A stretch of 64,000 bases of DNA from Nitrososphaerales archaeon. GTDB taxonomy: Archaea > Thermoproteota > Nitrososphaeria_A > Caldarchaeales > Wolframiiraptoraceae. Positions 27,202-39,607 of the stretch are shown here, in pieces (position 1 is the stretch's first letter; every line of letters starts with the position of its first letter). The translations under genes and the position numbers were made by a program. Where the stretch lies: NCBI GenBank assembly GCA_023269855.1, contig JAGDWP010000085.1, forward strand, positions 2,991-66,990. Direction: 5' to 3'. The notes beneath the pieces are model-generated. The model had not been told where the DNA came from, made no database searches, and was given only the letters and a program-made list of their open reading frames with translations.

Positions 27202-29430
27202 GTGCAGTGGGATATATTCGTTATATCTTCTCTTTCAATCTTGTCAGGAGTAGTGGGTGTTCTCATAGCAGTTATCCTGTATTATTTTGTTCAGAAGTAT
27301 CCTAAGGGTTCAGAGAAGATGATTGAAGTCTGGAATGCAATCAGAGAAGGGGCTAAAGCCTACATGTCTAAACAGATAAAGACTATTATGTCTTTCACGA
27401 TTGGTTTATCTATTATCGTATTGTTAATGATATACGTTATCTACACTGTCAGCATGAAGATACCTTCTGAAATTGCTTTGAAAGAAGCAATTCTCACAGC
27501 AGTATCCGTCCTCATTGGAGGAGCATCATCAATAGTGGCCGCTTTCTTCAGTATGGATGCATCAACTAGAACGAATGTAAGAGTAACGGAGGCAGGTAAG
27601 AAGAGTAGCTTGGAGGCATTAAAGGTATCCATACTAGGTGGAGGAGTCTTAGGATTCATAGTATATAGTCTCAGTCTACTCGGTCTATCAATACTCTTCT
27701 TACTGTATAGTATGATCGGCGGAGGTTATCCTGAAGAAATCGAGTTTAGAATGGCGTTAGATGCTTTAGCCGGCTTCGCATTCGGCGCAAGCCTCTCAGC
27801 ATTATTCGCCCAGCTGGGTGGTGGAATATATACGAAAGCTGCAGATATAGGAGCAGACTTAGTTGGAAAGATAGAAGCAGGAATACCTGAAGACGATCCT
27901 AGAAATCCCGCGGTTATAGCTGACCAAGTAGGAGATAATGTGGGAGACTGTGCAGGTAGAGGTGCAGATATCTTTGAATCGGTTACCGCTGAAACACTTG
28001 GAGGAATGATTATCGGTTGGGTGTTGTATGTTTTAACAGGTCAACCATTATTCATGGTTCTTCCACTAGCTATAGGTGCTGTCGGTGTAATATCTACTAT
28101 CGCAGGAGTAATTGGGATACTCTCTTACAGAAAGTTCAGAGAAGCTTTCGAGCCTTTCGCATTCGGCATTGTCGTTTCCGCAATTATCTCAATCCTAACA
28201 TACGCTCTTGTAGTTTACATATTATTCCCACAACAGTGGCATTACATGCTTGCAGCTGGAGCAGCTGGAATAATCGGAGCTACTCTCGTAGTACTCTCAA
28301 CTAACAGATACACAGGTGTAAGATCTAAACTTGTGCAAGAAGTTGCTCATGCAGCTCAGAGTGGTCCAGCAATAAACATACTTTCAGGTTTATCAGTGGG
28401 ATTGAGAGCTGTAGCTGAACCTATTATAATCATAGCTGCAGCTTTAGGTATAGCTTTCTATGCCGGGAAGAGTATGCCGCTACCTGGTGTTGCGGATGGA
28501 TGGTTGATAGATTTTGTGAAAGGAGTTTTTGGAACAGCTTTAGCTACTAGAGGGATGCTCTCTCTTGCTGGAACTATCATGACTTTAGATGGTGCAGGTC
28601 CGATTGCAGACAATGCTGGAGGAATCGCTGAGATGGCGGGGTTAGAAGAAAAAGTTAGAGCTAACCTAGACCCTCTAGATGCGGTCGGCAACACTACGAA
28701 GGCTTTAACGAAAGGCTACGCTATGGCCTCAGCAACTATTGCTACTCTACTCCTATTCCAAGCATTTATTCAAGATTATGTTGCTCGTCAAGTAGGGATT
28801 TTCGAGTTAAGTGCTTCTACACTGGTGAGAAGTATGCAGGAATTCATAGATTATATTATTTTATTGAAACCTGATATTATCATTTCTGTTCTTATAGGTG
28901 CTCTGCTTCCATACCTCTTTTCAGGCATCGCGTTAAAAGCAGTTTCAAAAGCTGCATTCCAGATGGTTGAAGAAGTGAGAAGACAGTTTAGAGAGATACC
29001 TGGCATCCTCAATGGAAACGCTAAACCAGACTATTATCGCGCCGTCTCGATAAGTACTGAATATGCTTTGAAGAGTATGGCTACTCCTGCTCTCCTAATA
29101 ATAATAACTCCATTGATAGTTGGCGTTCTATTCGGTGGACCAGGTATAGGAGCTCTAGTCATAGGAGCGACAGCTTCTACAATACCATTAGCTATAATGA
29201 TGATGTGGGGTGGGGCTACGTGGGATAATGCTAAGAAGTTTATTGAGGCGGGAAATCTTGGAGGTAAACGATCACCTGCACATCAAGCAGCAGTAGTAGG
29301 AGACACTGTAGGCGACCCACTAAAAGATACTGTAGGACCATCACTCCACATACTGATAAAACTTCTAAACACGATCTCGCTAGTATTCATTCCACTCTAC
29401 TTCCTATGGATACTTCACGGCGTTATATAA
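27202..29430 (+). CDS. hppA: Membrane-bound proton/sodium-translocating pyrophosphatase
   Basis: 742 aa and polytopic. Motifs GGGIYTKAADIGADLVGK, DNVGDCAGRGADIFES and GDTVGDPLKDT. Confidence 0.95.
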   Translation: MQWDIFVISSLSILSGVVGVLIAVILYYFVQKYPKGSEKMIEVWNAIREGAKAYMSKQIKTIMSFTIGLSIIVLLMIYVIYTVSMKIPSEIALKEAILTAVSVLIGGASSIVAAFFSMDASTRTNVRVTEAGKKSSLEALKVSILGGGVLGFIVYSLSLLGLSILFLLYSMIGGGYPEEIEFRMALDALAGFAFGASLSALFAQLGGGIYTKAADIGADLVGKIEAGIPEDDPRNPAVIADQVGDNVGDCAGRGADIFESVTAETLGGMIIGWVLYVLTGQPLFMVLPLAIGAVGVISTIAGVIGILSYRKFREAFEPFAFGIVVSAIISILTYALVVYILFPQQWHYMLAAGAAGIIGATLVVLSTNRYTGVRSKLVQEVAHAAQSGPAINILSGLSVGLRAVAEPIIIIAAALGIAFYAGKSMPLPGVADGWLIDFVKGVFGTALATRGMLSLAGTIMTLDGAGPIADNAGGIAEMAGLEEKVRANLDPLDAVGNTTKALTKGYAMASATIATLLLFQAFIQDYVARQVGIFELSASTLVRSMQEFIDYIILLKPDIIISVLIGALLPYLFSGIALKAVSKAAFQMVEEVRRQFREIPGILNGNAKPDYYRAVSISTEYALKSMATPALLIIITPLIVGVLFGGPGIGALVIGATASTIPLAIMMMWGGATWDNAKKFIEAGNLGGKRSPAHQAAVVGDTVGDPLKDTVGPSLHILIKLLNTISLVFIPLYFLWILHGVI

Positions 29431-29509
29431 TAGATAAGATAATGTCGAAATTTCTTTCTACACATTCTTCTAGAAATACTCATATACTACTCAAAACATC
29501 CTATAAATA

Positions 29510-30037
29510 ATGAGTTTTCTCGAAGAAATTCGAGAAGAACCACCGCATATTTTTTCTAGAATAGAATTTAAGATTCTAGATTACTTGAATAAGTGTCCAT
29601 GGGGGGCCACAGTCTACGATATTGCTAGAGAAGTAAAATGCTCTTTCAAATCTCTCTATAGCGTCTTGAGAGTACTGGAAAAAAATGATTGGATTGCTGT
29701 CGTTAAAGAAAAAAACGGAGGTATTGGAAGACCACGGAACAAATACGTTCTCAGACAGAGTCTAAGAAGTATCCTAAAAGAATTGGAAGACTGTGGATGT
29801 GAAGTTAAGGATGGAAGAATCAAGTTCCTAAACCTCAGCAGGATAACTTACCCATATTCTCTCACGATGTTTAAGAGGACAATAATTAGACTAAAATATG
29901 GTGAATGCCTGTTAATACTGCTTGAAAACAATATTAATTACTTAGAGTTCATAGAAACAGCGTATAGAAAAGATCTAAGACTTCTAGACATCTCTTTCAA
30001 AGATGATGGCATAAGGATTGTCTTCAAAAAGATCTAA
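29510..30037 (+). CDS. Winged-helix protein fused to a degenerate TusA/SirA-like domain
   Basis: 175 aa. N-terminal wHTH (IEFKILDYLNK..ATVYDIAREVKCSFKSLYSVLRVLEKNDWI). The C-terminal half aligns by eye to the TusA fold, but LCP is replaced by TYP (LNLSRITYPYSLTMFKRTI...). Confidence 0.45.
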   Translation: MSFLEEIREEPPHIFSRIEFKILDYLNKCPWGATVYDIAREVKCSFKSLYSVLRVLEKNDWIAVVKEKNGGIGRPRNKYVLRQSLRSILKELEDCGCEVKDGRIKFLNLSRITYPYSLTMFKRTIIRLKYGECLLILLENNINYLEFIETAYRKDLRLLDISFKDDGIRIVFKKI

Positions 30038-30125
30038 TCATTCATTAACTAGAATCTCCTCTTAAAATTCTGAAGCATGAGGAAAAATTAAATATTTAGA
30101 GACCTAGTAAGATATTGTTGAAACT

Positions 30126-31085
30126 ATGAGTAAATCATTTGGAGATAATTTATTAAAGAATCTCTCGATAGAGATTACTAAGCTTGTAGAGGAGCTCTCT
30201 GAAAGTGTTGCCAGCGTGGTGACTACTTCATTAACTATGGATGCTTTTCTAAGGGTTACACCAGTTAGAGGTGTAGGGTCAGCGTTCATAATCTCCGAGA
30301 ATGGATACCTTGTAACTAATAGCCATGTTGTGGCCAATGCAGAATATATTAGGCTCTTAATTGGAGACCAGATTCTAGAGGCTAAGATAGCATCACTCGA
30401 CCCTTCAAGGGATATAGCATTGTTGAAAACTGATCCTGGAAGATTTAAGGCCATCAAGTTAGGAGATTCCGATAAAGTAAGCATCGGTGAACTTGTACTA
30501 GCTATAGGTAGCCCCCTTGGTCTGCCTGGTCCAAATGTTAGTTTAGGTGTTGTAAGCGCTAAAGGCAGGGTAATTGAAGGTGAAGAATTCATACTAGAAG
30601 ACTTGATACAAACAGATGCAGCAATTAATCCAGGAAATAGTGGTGGCCCACTAATTAATATGGATGGTGAAGTTGTAGGAGTTACGACAGCCATAATACC
30701 GTTTGCGCAAGGTATAGGGTTCGCCATCCCGATAAACACTGTTAAACGTTTTATTGAAATGATCTCTAAATATGGTAGACCTATTAGAGCTTTCATCGGA
30801 GTTATCACGGCACCATTGAATGAACAGATAGCTAGATACTATGGGTTACCCGTCCGTGAAGGACTAGTCGTTCTAAGAGTATTGAGAGGAAGCCCAGCAC
30901 ATGAATATGGCATAACTGAAGGAGATATTATCACGCATGTAGAACAGCATAAACTTAAGAATGTAAGTGAGTTAAGAAGGATAATAGAGGAATCAGTAGA
31001 ATATGGTAAAGTTAAGTTGAGGATTTTTAGAGGGCGGAGAGAATTAGAAGTAGAGGTACCCATAGCTATTGAGAGTGTTGAATAG
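30126..31085 (+). CDS. HtrA/DegP-type serine protease with a PDZ domain
   Basis: 319 aa. Catalytic triad contexts TNSHVV, DIALLK and GNSGGPLIN, with a C-terminal PDZ-like region. Confidence 0.9.
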   Translation: MSKSFGDNLLKNLSIEITKLVEELSESVASVVTTSLTMDAFLRVTPVRGVGSAFIISENGYLVTNSHVVANAEYIRLLIGDQILEAKIASLDPSRDIALLKTDPGRFKAIKLGDSDKVSIGELVLAIGSPLGLPGPNVSLGVVSAKGRVIEGEEFILEDLIQTDAAINPGNSGGPLINMDGEVVGVTTAIIPFAQGIGFAIPINTVKRFIEMISKYGRPIRAFIGVITAPLNEQIARYYGLPVREGLVVLRVLRGSPAHEYGITEGDIITHVEQHKLKNVSELRRIIEESVEYGKVKLRIFRGRRELEVEVPIAIESVE

Positions 31086-31551
31086 TGAATGTCTCTGATT
31101 TCTACTTGTTAGCGGTTGCCTATGGTGAGTAATCTTAATAGCCTTAACTGGACATGCTGCTTCACATACCATACAGAATATGCAATCCTGTTCTCTTACA
31201 GGGTCAGACTTGTCTGCCCGATATTTTTCATAAAGCTCACCGCTTAGAGGCCAGAGATCATTACCGCTCCCTTTCTTACCTGGGTTTAGAGCCCATTCAA
31301 AAAACATCCACTGGACACACATCCATACATGCTCCATCCGCTATACGACAATCCCAGTCTACTGCAACCTGGATACCATGTATTCCCAGCTTCGTAGGAT
31401 ATGGCTTACCTTCTGCATCTAACCTTTGGATACCTTCAGCTCTCACGTCATGACCTTGATGCTTCCCCGTCAACGGGTACTCATTTGACTTGCTTAGAAA
31501 ATCAACATCGATCGGCTTTGGTTTAAAATCTACAGGTCTAACCATGAGCAT
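31044..31551 (-). CDS. Sulfolobus-type zinc-containing di-cluster ferredoxin, interrupted by a +1 frameshift in a T6 run
   Basis: Track ORFs 31297..31551 and 31044..31337. The N-terminal part is GKHQGHD...LGIHGIQVAVDWDCRIADGACMDVCPVDVF*. The C-terminal part, in the +1 frame, is EWALNPG...DPVREQDCIFCMVCEAACPVKAIKIT. The join falls at the conserved VF(Q/E)W position. Confidence 0.8.
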
Positions 31552-31740
31552 AAATTTCGTTCAGAGGGATATTAATCTACAAGAAGAGTTAAGCCAGCTG
31601 TAATAGAGTAATGAATCTTTTATTAAATCGCTTTTAGACAACATCGTTATTTCTAATTTCCTCTTAGAGCATTTAATACAAGCTTTTTTTGGGAAGTAAA
31701 AAGATTTAAGCTGGAGGAAGCGATCTATGCATGTGGAATA

Positions 31741-32046
31741 ATGAGAAATGAGTTAGATTGTCATAGGTGCTCCCATTTCACAGTTCATCCAAATTACCCC
31801 TATCTAGTAGTTTGCTTAGAGAAGCAACAGATTGTTAGTCAACCGAGAGAAGTTTGTAAAAACTATGTAGAGAAGACGTGGGAAAGTCTTCTTGAAAGAT
31901 TATCTGAAACAGGATTCCTGTATTGCGCTGAATGTGGTAAACCGATATTCAACCATGAAGAACTAGCTAAGCATAAAGCTGAACTCATCCCACTAGAATA
32001 CTTCACGGATGAAGTAGCATACGAAGAAGCATACTCAGCGGATTAG
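31741..32046 (+). CDS. Small Cys-rich hypothetical protein (possible zinc binding)
   Basis: 101 aa. Motifs CHRC..C..C and YCAECGKPIFNHEELAKH (CxxC..H..H), with an acidic tail. Confidence 0.4.
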   Translation: MRNELDCHRCSHFTVHPNYPYLVVCLEKQQIVSQPREVCKNYVEKTWESLLERLSETGFLYCAECGKPIFNHEELAKHKAELIPLEYFTDEVAYEEAYSAD

Positions 32047-32137
32047 TAGATAAAACATCACTAAGATCACACTATGTAATATCTTATGGCCGAGTATGGG
32101 AAAAAAGTTATTTAGAAAGACTTGAAAAGAGAATAAT

Positions 32138-34976
<2,839 letters not shown>

Positions 34977-35024
34977 AGTTATACTCCATCTAACTCATGA
35001 ACCCTATGAATAGGCATAGTTTTT

Positions 35025-35489
35025 CTATCTAACAATAATAACTGGTTTCTCTATAAGGCTTCTAATCTTATCTACAATTCTATCATGATCTTTCTGATTA
35101 TAGCCTATAACTATGTATTCAGCTTTGCTTGATTCCCTCATTAGTGAAGGCAGTAAGTCTCCTACTTCATGTATTGATTTTACTTTCACGTTCCTTTCAT
35201 CTGCCATGTCCTTTATTCTTTCTAGAAAATAGTTTGCTTTCCTCAATTCATCATAGAAGCTTTTGTTGGAGAATGAGTAGATCAGGGTTGTATGATCTCC
35301 TACGCCTTTCCTAATGCTCGGCGTAACCATTTCTTCCACCATCCTATTCTTGAATGGATACATCACCACTAAATCTAGTCTCCTAGAAGAAGCTATGTTA
35401 ATGGCTGTTTCCACAGCTTTCATTCCATCAGATAAGTCGAGGATAAGGAGGAGAACGTATCTCCCGGTCAACTTCTCTCTGTCTACCAA
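35025..35489 (-). CDS. Universal stress protein (UspA)-like protein
   Basis: 154 aa with an alpha/beta pattern (YVLLLILDLSDG...AEYIVIGYN...PVIIV). It lacks a clear ATP-binding glycine motif. Confidence 0.45.
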   Translation of the reverse strand: MVDREKLTGRYVLLLILDLSDGMKAVETAINIASSRRLDLVVMYPFKNRMVEEMVTPSIRKGVGDHTTLIYSFSNKSFYDELRKANYFLERIKDMADERNVKVKSIHEVGDLLPSLMRESSKAEYIVIGYNQKDHDRIVDKIRSLIEKPVIIVR

Positions 35490-35520
35490 TCATAAGATGT
35501 TCGGGGAGATAATATAAAGT

Positions 35521-36705
35521 TTAACACAGTTTTCTGTATAAGAGCCCTATCACGAGTCTGCCTAAAGCTGTAATGAGGTATAGGAATGCTAGAGCATGAA
35601 ACAATGTCCATGAGTTTTGAAGCAATTCTAAAGCATATCCTGCTATTAGGGAGCCTGCAAGAAAAGCTGACCCAACTGATAGATTGTATAAAGCTGAATA
35701 GAACCCCCTCTCTTCTATTGGAGTATTCTCCAATATGTATGTTAAGGATGCAGCATCATAGTATGCGCTGAACACACCTACAAATACATGTATTGCAATC
35801 AGGTACGGTAGCTGAGGGGCCACAGCATATACCAGTGGAGTAAACGCCATGAGAGAACTGGTTAACGATAGGATTCTAGGAATGTTAAGCATGTTAAAGT
35901 AGTTTCTAAGTAGGGCCAATCCGAATACAGCTGATAGTCCATACACGACGTCTAGAATGCTTATCTCGAAAAGTGTTAAATTAGATACTTTAGTCAGTGT
36001 AATAGTGAATAGTGGCCAAGCCATTGAGAGAAAGAAACCAAACCCTGTTGAGAGAAGTACGAAGTTGAGAAACTTCGAAGAGGTACTAAACTTAAAACAC
36101 TTAAGTGACGTCAACTTACTATTCGTGTAATCTGTTTCTAGTTTTTTGCAGAATATCCAAATAATCACAGTTCCCAAGATACCAGACATAGCTGCTATCA
36201 AGAAGCCTATTGTGAAACCGTTCAAACCTAGATGCGATGTCAAGCCAACAGTAAGTGTCGCTGTAATCCATCCAGCGTAATTTAGAGAGTTTACATTTTC
36301 AGAAAATCTACGCCATCTTTCCCGATCTACGGCCTGCGATGAATAAGCAATGAATGCAGGGATAGACATTGATCCGATTATCGAATGTAGAATTACCAGG
36401 AAGATAAAGATTGAAGAGGATCTTGTAAATAGCAAGATGATGAAGATTAAAGATGATAGAATACCGCTTAAAACAATAAACAAAACATGCTGTCTTAGTT
36501 TATCGCTAACGTATCCCCAAATCAACTGAAAGAAGTTTAGTGAAAAATTAGTTAAGGCATATAGTAACCCTATCTCAATAGGTGAAGCTCCAAGCTCAAC
36601 CCCATATATTGGGATAAAAGGTGAGCTCGCACCATAATGAATAGAGTCAAGTAAGGCTTTAGTGTACAGAGCAAACTCTACCTTATTATTCTTTAGTTGA
36701 TTCAT
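35521..36705 (-). CDS. Major facilitator superfamily transporter
   Basis: 394 aa with about 12 hydrophobic segments. GGTGAT lies upstream of the ATG. Confidence 0.75.
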   Translation of the reverse strand: MNQLKNNKVEFALYTKALLDSIHYGASSPFIPIYGVELGASPIEIGLLYALTNFSLNFFQLIWGYVSDKLRQHVLFIVLSGILSSLIFIILLFTRSSSIFIFLVILHSIIGSMSIPAFIAYSSQAVDRERWRRFSENVNSLNYAGWITATLTVGLTSHLGLNGFTIGFLIAAMSGILGTVIIWIFCKKLETDYTNSKLTSLKCFKFSTSSKFLNFVLLSTGFGFFLSMAWPLFTITLTKVSNLTLFEISILDVVYGLSAVFGLALLRNYFNMLNIPRILSLTSSLMAFTPLVYAVAPQLPYLIAIHVFVGVFSAYYDAASLTYILENTPIEERGFYSALYNLSVGSAFLAGSLIAGYALELLQNSWTLFHALAFLYLITALGRLVIGLLYRKLC

Positions 36706-36986
36706 TTACATCACCTCAGACTGGCAAGACTAATCTCAGAAGTTTTCTAGACAGATTATAGCAAGATATTGGCAGAGACGATGTCTACTTCTATGATAGT
36801 ATCTGATTCACCAATATTTAACTGAAACTTGACATAATGATGTTACAATCTTATTCTAGGGATATATGTTAGATTTTTATTGAATTCTTATAGAAAAATT
36901 CGATTTCCTTAGAAAGGATAGCTTCCCATCGTTAAAAATGTTTGATGACTTATTAATTAGAAATTTAATTGTTTGGATGAAGCTGG

Positions 36987-37733
36987 ATGGAATTGAGTGA
37001 AGCGTTAGATAAGATTAGGAGAGCTCTTATTAACAGAGAGTTTACGATAATCGTTGGTTTATCTGAAGTATTCTATGAGGGAAGAGCTTCCTCTATCCTT
37101 GGTCTCGGGGAAAGAGTCATTATGATAAAATCTGATTACAGTGTGTTAGTTCATAGACCAACCGGTTATGAACCCACTAATTGGCAGCCACCCAATTCTA
37201 AAATAGATTTGAAAATAGATGATGATATCTTGATTATAGAAGCCAGGAGGACAAATCCATCGGAAGTATTAACTATTAAGTTTCACAAAGTCTACAATAT
37301 CTTTTCTCAAAAACTAAATGATGATGCAGATTTCAGCATGTATGCAACTGAAGAAGATATGAAAAGAGCAATACTTGCTGATCCATCAATTATAGAGGCT
37401 GGTTTCAAACCTATAGAAGAAGAAAAGAAGCTTAAGCCTTCAGGATTCATTGACGTATTCGGTATAGATTCATCGGGTAGACTGACAGTTATTGAGCTAA
37501 AAAGAAGAAATGCAACAGTTGAAGACATACGTCAACTAGTTGAATATGTAAAAGGGGTGGAAAGAGAATACGGTGTTAGACCGAGAGCTATCATTGCTGC
37601 TCCGGGAGTCCAACGTTCAGCGATTAGGGAGATGAAAATAAATAATGTAGAGTTTAAGTGTCTAACTCCGAGAAAGTCGGTTGAAATTCTCGGGAAGAAA
37701 CATGGATTAGATAAGTATGTTGGATCAGAATAA
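36987..37733 (+). CDS. nucS: Endonuclease NucS/EndoMS
   Basis: 248 aa. C-terminal RecB-like core GFIDVFGIDSSGRLTVIELKRR and N-terminal half-barrel region. Confidence 0.85.
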   Translation: MELSEALDKIRRALINREFTIIVGLSEVFYEGRASSILGLGERVIMIKSDYSVLVHRPTGYEPTNWQPPNSKIDLKIDDDILIIEARRTNPSEVLTIKFHKVYNIFSQKLNDDADFSMYATEEDMKRAILADPSIIEAGFKPIEEEKKLKPSGFIDVFGIDSSGRLTVIELKRRNATVEDIRQLVEYVKGVEREYGVRPRAIIAAPGVQRSAIREMKINNVEFKCLTPRKSVEILGKKHGLDKYVGSE

Positions 37734-38942
37734 GGTTACTTTGGATGAAAGTATAAGTTCCTCTAGTTTGACTACCTTTTCTATCTCTTCCTTAGCTATC
37801 TCAACTGCTTCATATGCTAACGTTTTTTCATCTACATTGTCTCCTGGAATGTATTGGATAGATATTGCCAGTGGTCTATTTATTGGTCTACCTATCTGGC
37901 TTAGAAGTCTTACATATACTTCTTGTAAGCCTGGGACTTCATTATATATTCTTTCAGCAATCATTCTAGCAGATAAATTGTACAACTTGCCTACATGCGA
38001 TCTCGCATTCTTCCCAGCTGTAGCTTCAAGAGACATCTGTCTATTAGGTGTTATTAGCCCATTAACTCTGTTTCCTCTACCTGTGTTTCCATCGTCTCCG
38101 CTCTCAGCAGATGTTCCAGTAACCGTAAGATATACAGAATTCTTACTAGGTATATCGGCAGTGTTCACTTGAACATTTACTTCAACATCTTTTTCTTCTG
38201 AAAGTATCTTGTATGCATGTGATTCAACTTCTTTCCTAATGTCTTCTTTGACTGATAGGTAGTGGTCAAGGTCTGGTGTTAAGTGTGCGATTAAACTGTC
38301 TGCGACTGTTATGTAGTATTTGCTTCCTATTCGTAGACCCATTACTTTGCAATCTTCACCGCTTTCAGGTATCCTTGACTTAAATTCTTTAGAATTTATC
38401 ATTCTCTCTGTCTCATAGACAATCTTTTCTAGAGATGTTAAGGGGGCGTATCCTACACCGAATGAAGTGTCATTGGCCAGAGGAATGCCCTCATTATATT
38501 CAACAACGGTTTTCAAGTCAATGCTTCCAGGTCTAATCTTTGTATCTATTATTACATGTTCATCAGGTTTTAGGAATCTAAAGTTATCTCGAATAAACTT
38601 CTCAACTTCTTCTTTTATCAATTCATTGTATGGTATTTCTTCTTCTCCTACTTTTATCGTTGCTCTACCAGCTATCAGTATATAGATTGGTTCTTCGACT
38701 ACTCCTCCTCCAAACCATGCTCTAGAGCTTCCGCCTACAAGTAAGCCTTTATCCAAATTATGGTGAAGTACAGACCCGTATTTTTCCTTATAGTATCTTG
38801 ACAGTGCTCTACTAGCAGCTTCACATGCTGAATCAATAATATAGTCTGGGTGGCCGACGCCCTTTCGTTCCACGAACTCAGTTTGCTGAGAAGCAACAGG
38901 CAACCTATCTATTCTCTCCACTATAATCTGGGATTTCCACAT
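37725..38942 (-). CDS. mat: Archaeal-type S-adenosylmethionine synthetase
   Basis: 405 aa. Motif ERKGVGHPDYIIDS and overall archaeal MAT layout. Confidence 0.9.
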   Translation of the reverse strand: MWKSQIIVERIDRLPVASQQTEFVERKGVGHPDYIIDSACEAASRALSRYYKEKYGSVLHHNLDKGLLVGGSSRAWFGGGVVEEPIYILIAGRATIKVGEEEIPYNELIKEEVEKFIRDNFRFLKPDEHVIIDTKIRPGSIDLKTVVEYNEGIPLANDTSFGVGYAPLTSLEKIVYETERMINSKEFKSRIPESGEDCKVMGLRIGSKYYITVADSLIAHLTPDLDHYLSVKEDIRKEVESHAYKILSEEKDVEVNVQVNTADIPSKNSVYLTVTGTSAESGDDGNTGRGNRVNGLITPNRQMSLEATAGKNARSHVGKLYNLSARMIAERIYNEVPGLQEVYVRLLSQIGRPINRPLAISIQYIPGDNVDEKTLAYEAVEIAKEEIEKVVKLEELILSSKVTLF

Positions 38943-39171
38943 CTTGGAAACCTAGATTTACGATAACAATAGACTATTTAACTTCTATTACACTATTAAA
39001 CATGCAAAAAGTGGGATAGCTAAAGTTTTTCTAGAAAGGTCGAGATAGTTCATCATAGCTGCAGTGAACTGCTTTCTCTGAATAATTGTGTATATATTGT
39101 TGAGCTTACGCTCTTTCTTTACTAGTATCTCGAAACGCTCTCCCTGATTCTACTGAGGGTGGACAATCTAT

Positions 39172-39435
39172 TTACTCTGTTGACTCAGGTATTAGCTGGA
39201 TGTACATTATATTGTTTCCACGGATTAGTACTCTGGGATACATTGCTTTCCTGTCATTGTCTTGATATTCAACTGCTTTTTCTATTACGAGGTTCATGTA
39301 GCTATCGCATTCAACTACTGTACCCTCATACATTAAATCATTCTTCAATGTTACTCTGATATTTCTATTCAAGTATTTTGTGATAATCGCTAGAGGTCTT
39401 TTACCTGCTTCCATAGGTGACACCACAGTGTTCAA
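39172..39435 (-). CDS. Sm-like archaeal protein
   Basis: 87 aa. Sm1/Sm2 pattern IRVTLKNDLMYEGTVVECDSYMNLVI...RVLIRGNNIMYI. The true start is probably an internal Met. Confidence 0.85.
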   Translation of the reverse strand: MNTVVSPMEAGKRPLAIITKYLNRNIRVTLKNDLMYEGTVVECDSYMNLVIEKAVEYQDNDRKAMYPRVLIRGNNIMYIQLIPESTE

Positions 39436-39607
39436 GAATCTTTCGTTATTTCATATTTCTAAGAAGGTTTTAAACGTTTCGTTTATAGAACATTGACAAA
39501 ATATTTCAGCCCGCCATGATACTCTTAGCGAACGACAATATGTTAAGTAGAACATAAGTGTGGATAACTTATGTTTGCATTTAGTCTCGGAGATATCTTA
39601 GGAGACA

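Noticed and set aside
30104-30808. 234-aa minus-strand ORF
   Set aside because: It is antisense to the well-supported HtrA protease gene, has low-complexity composition and carries no motifs.
31624-31637. 14-mer aaatcgcttttaga shared with 45365..45378, both upstream of minus-strand genes
   Set aside because: A single exact 14-mer pair is expected by chance in an AT-rich 64-kb window on two strands, and its distance to the start codons differs.
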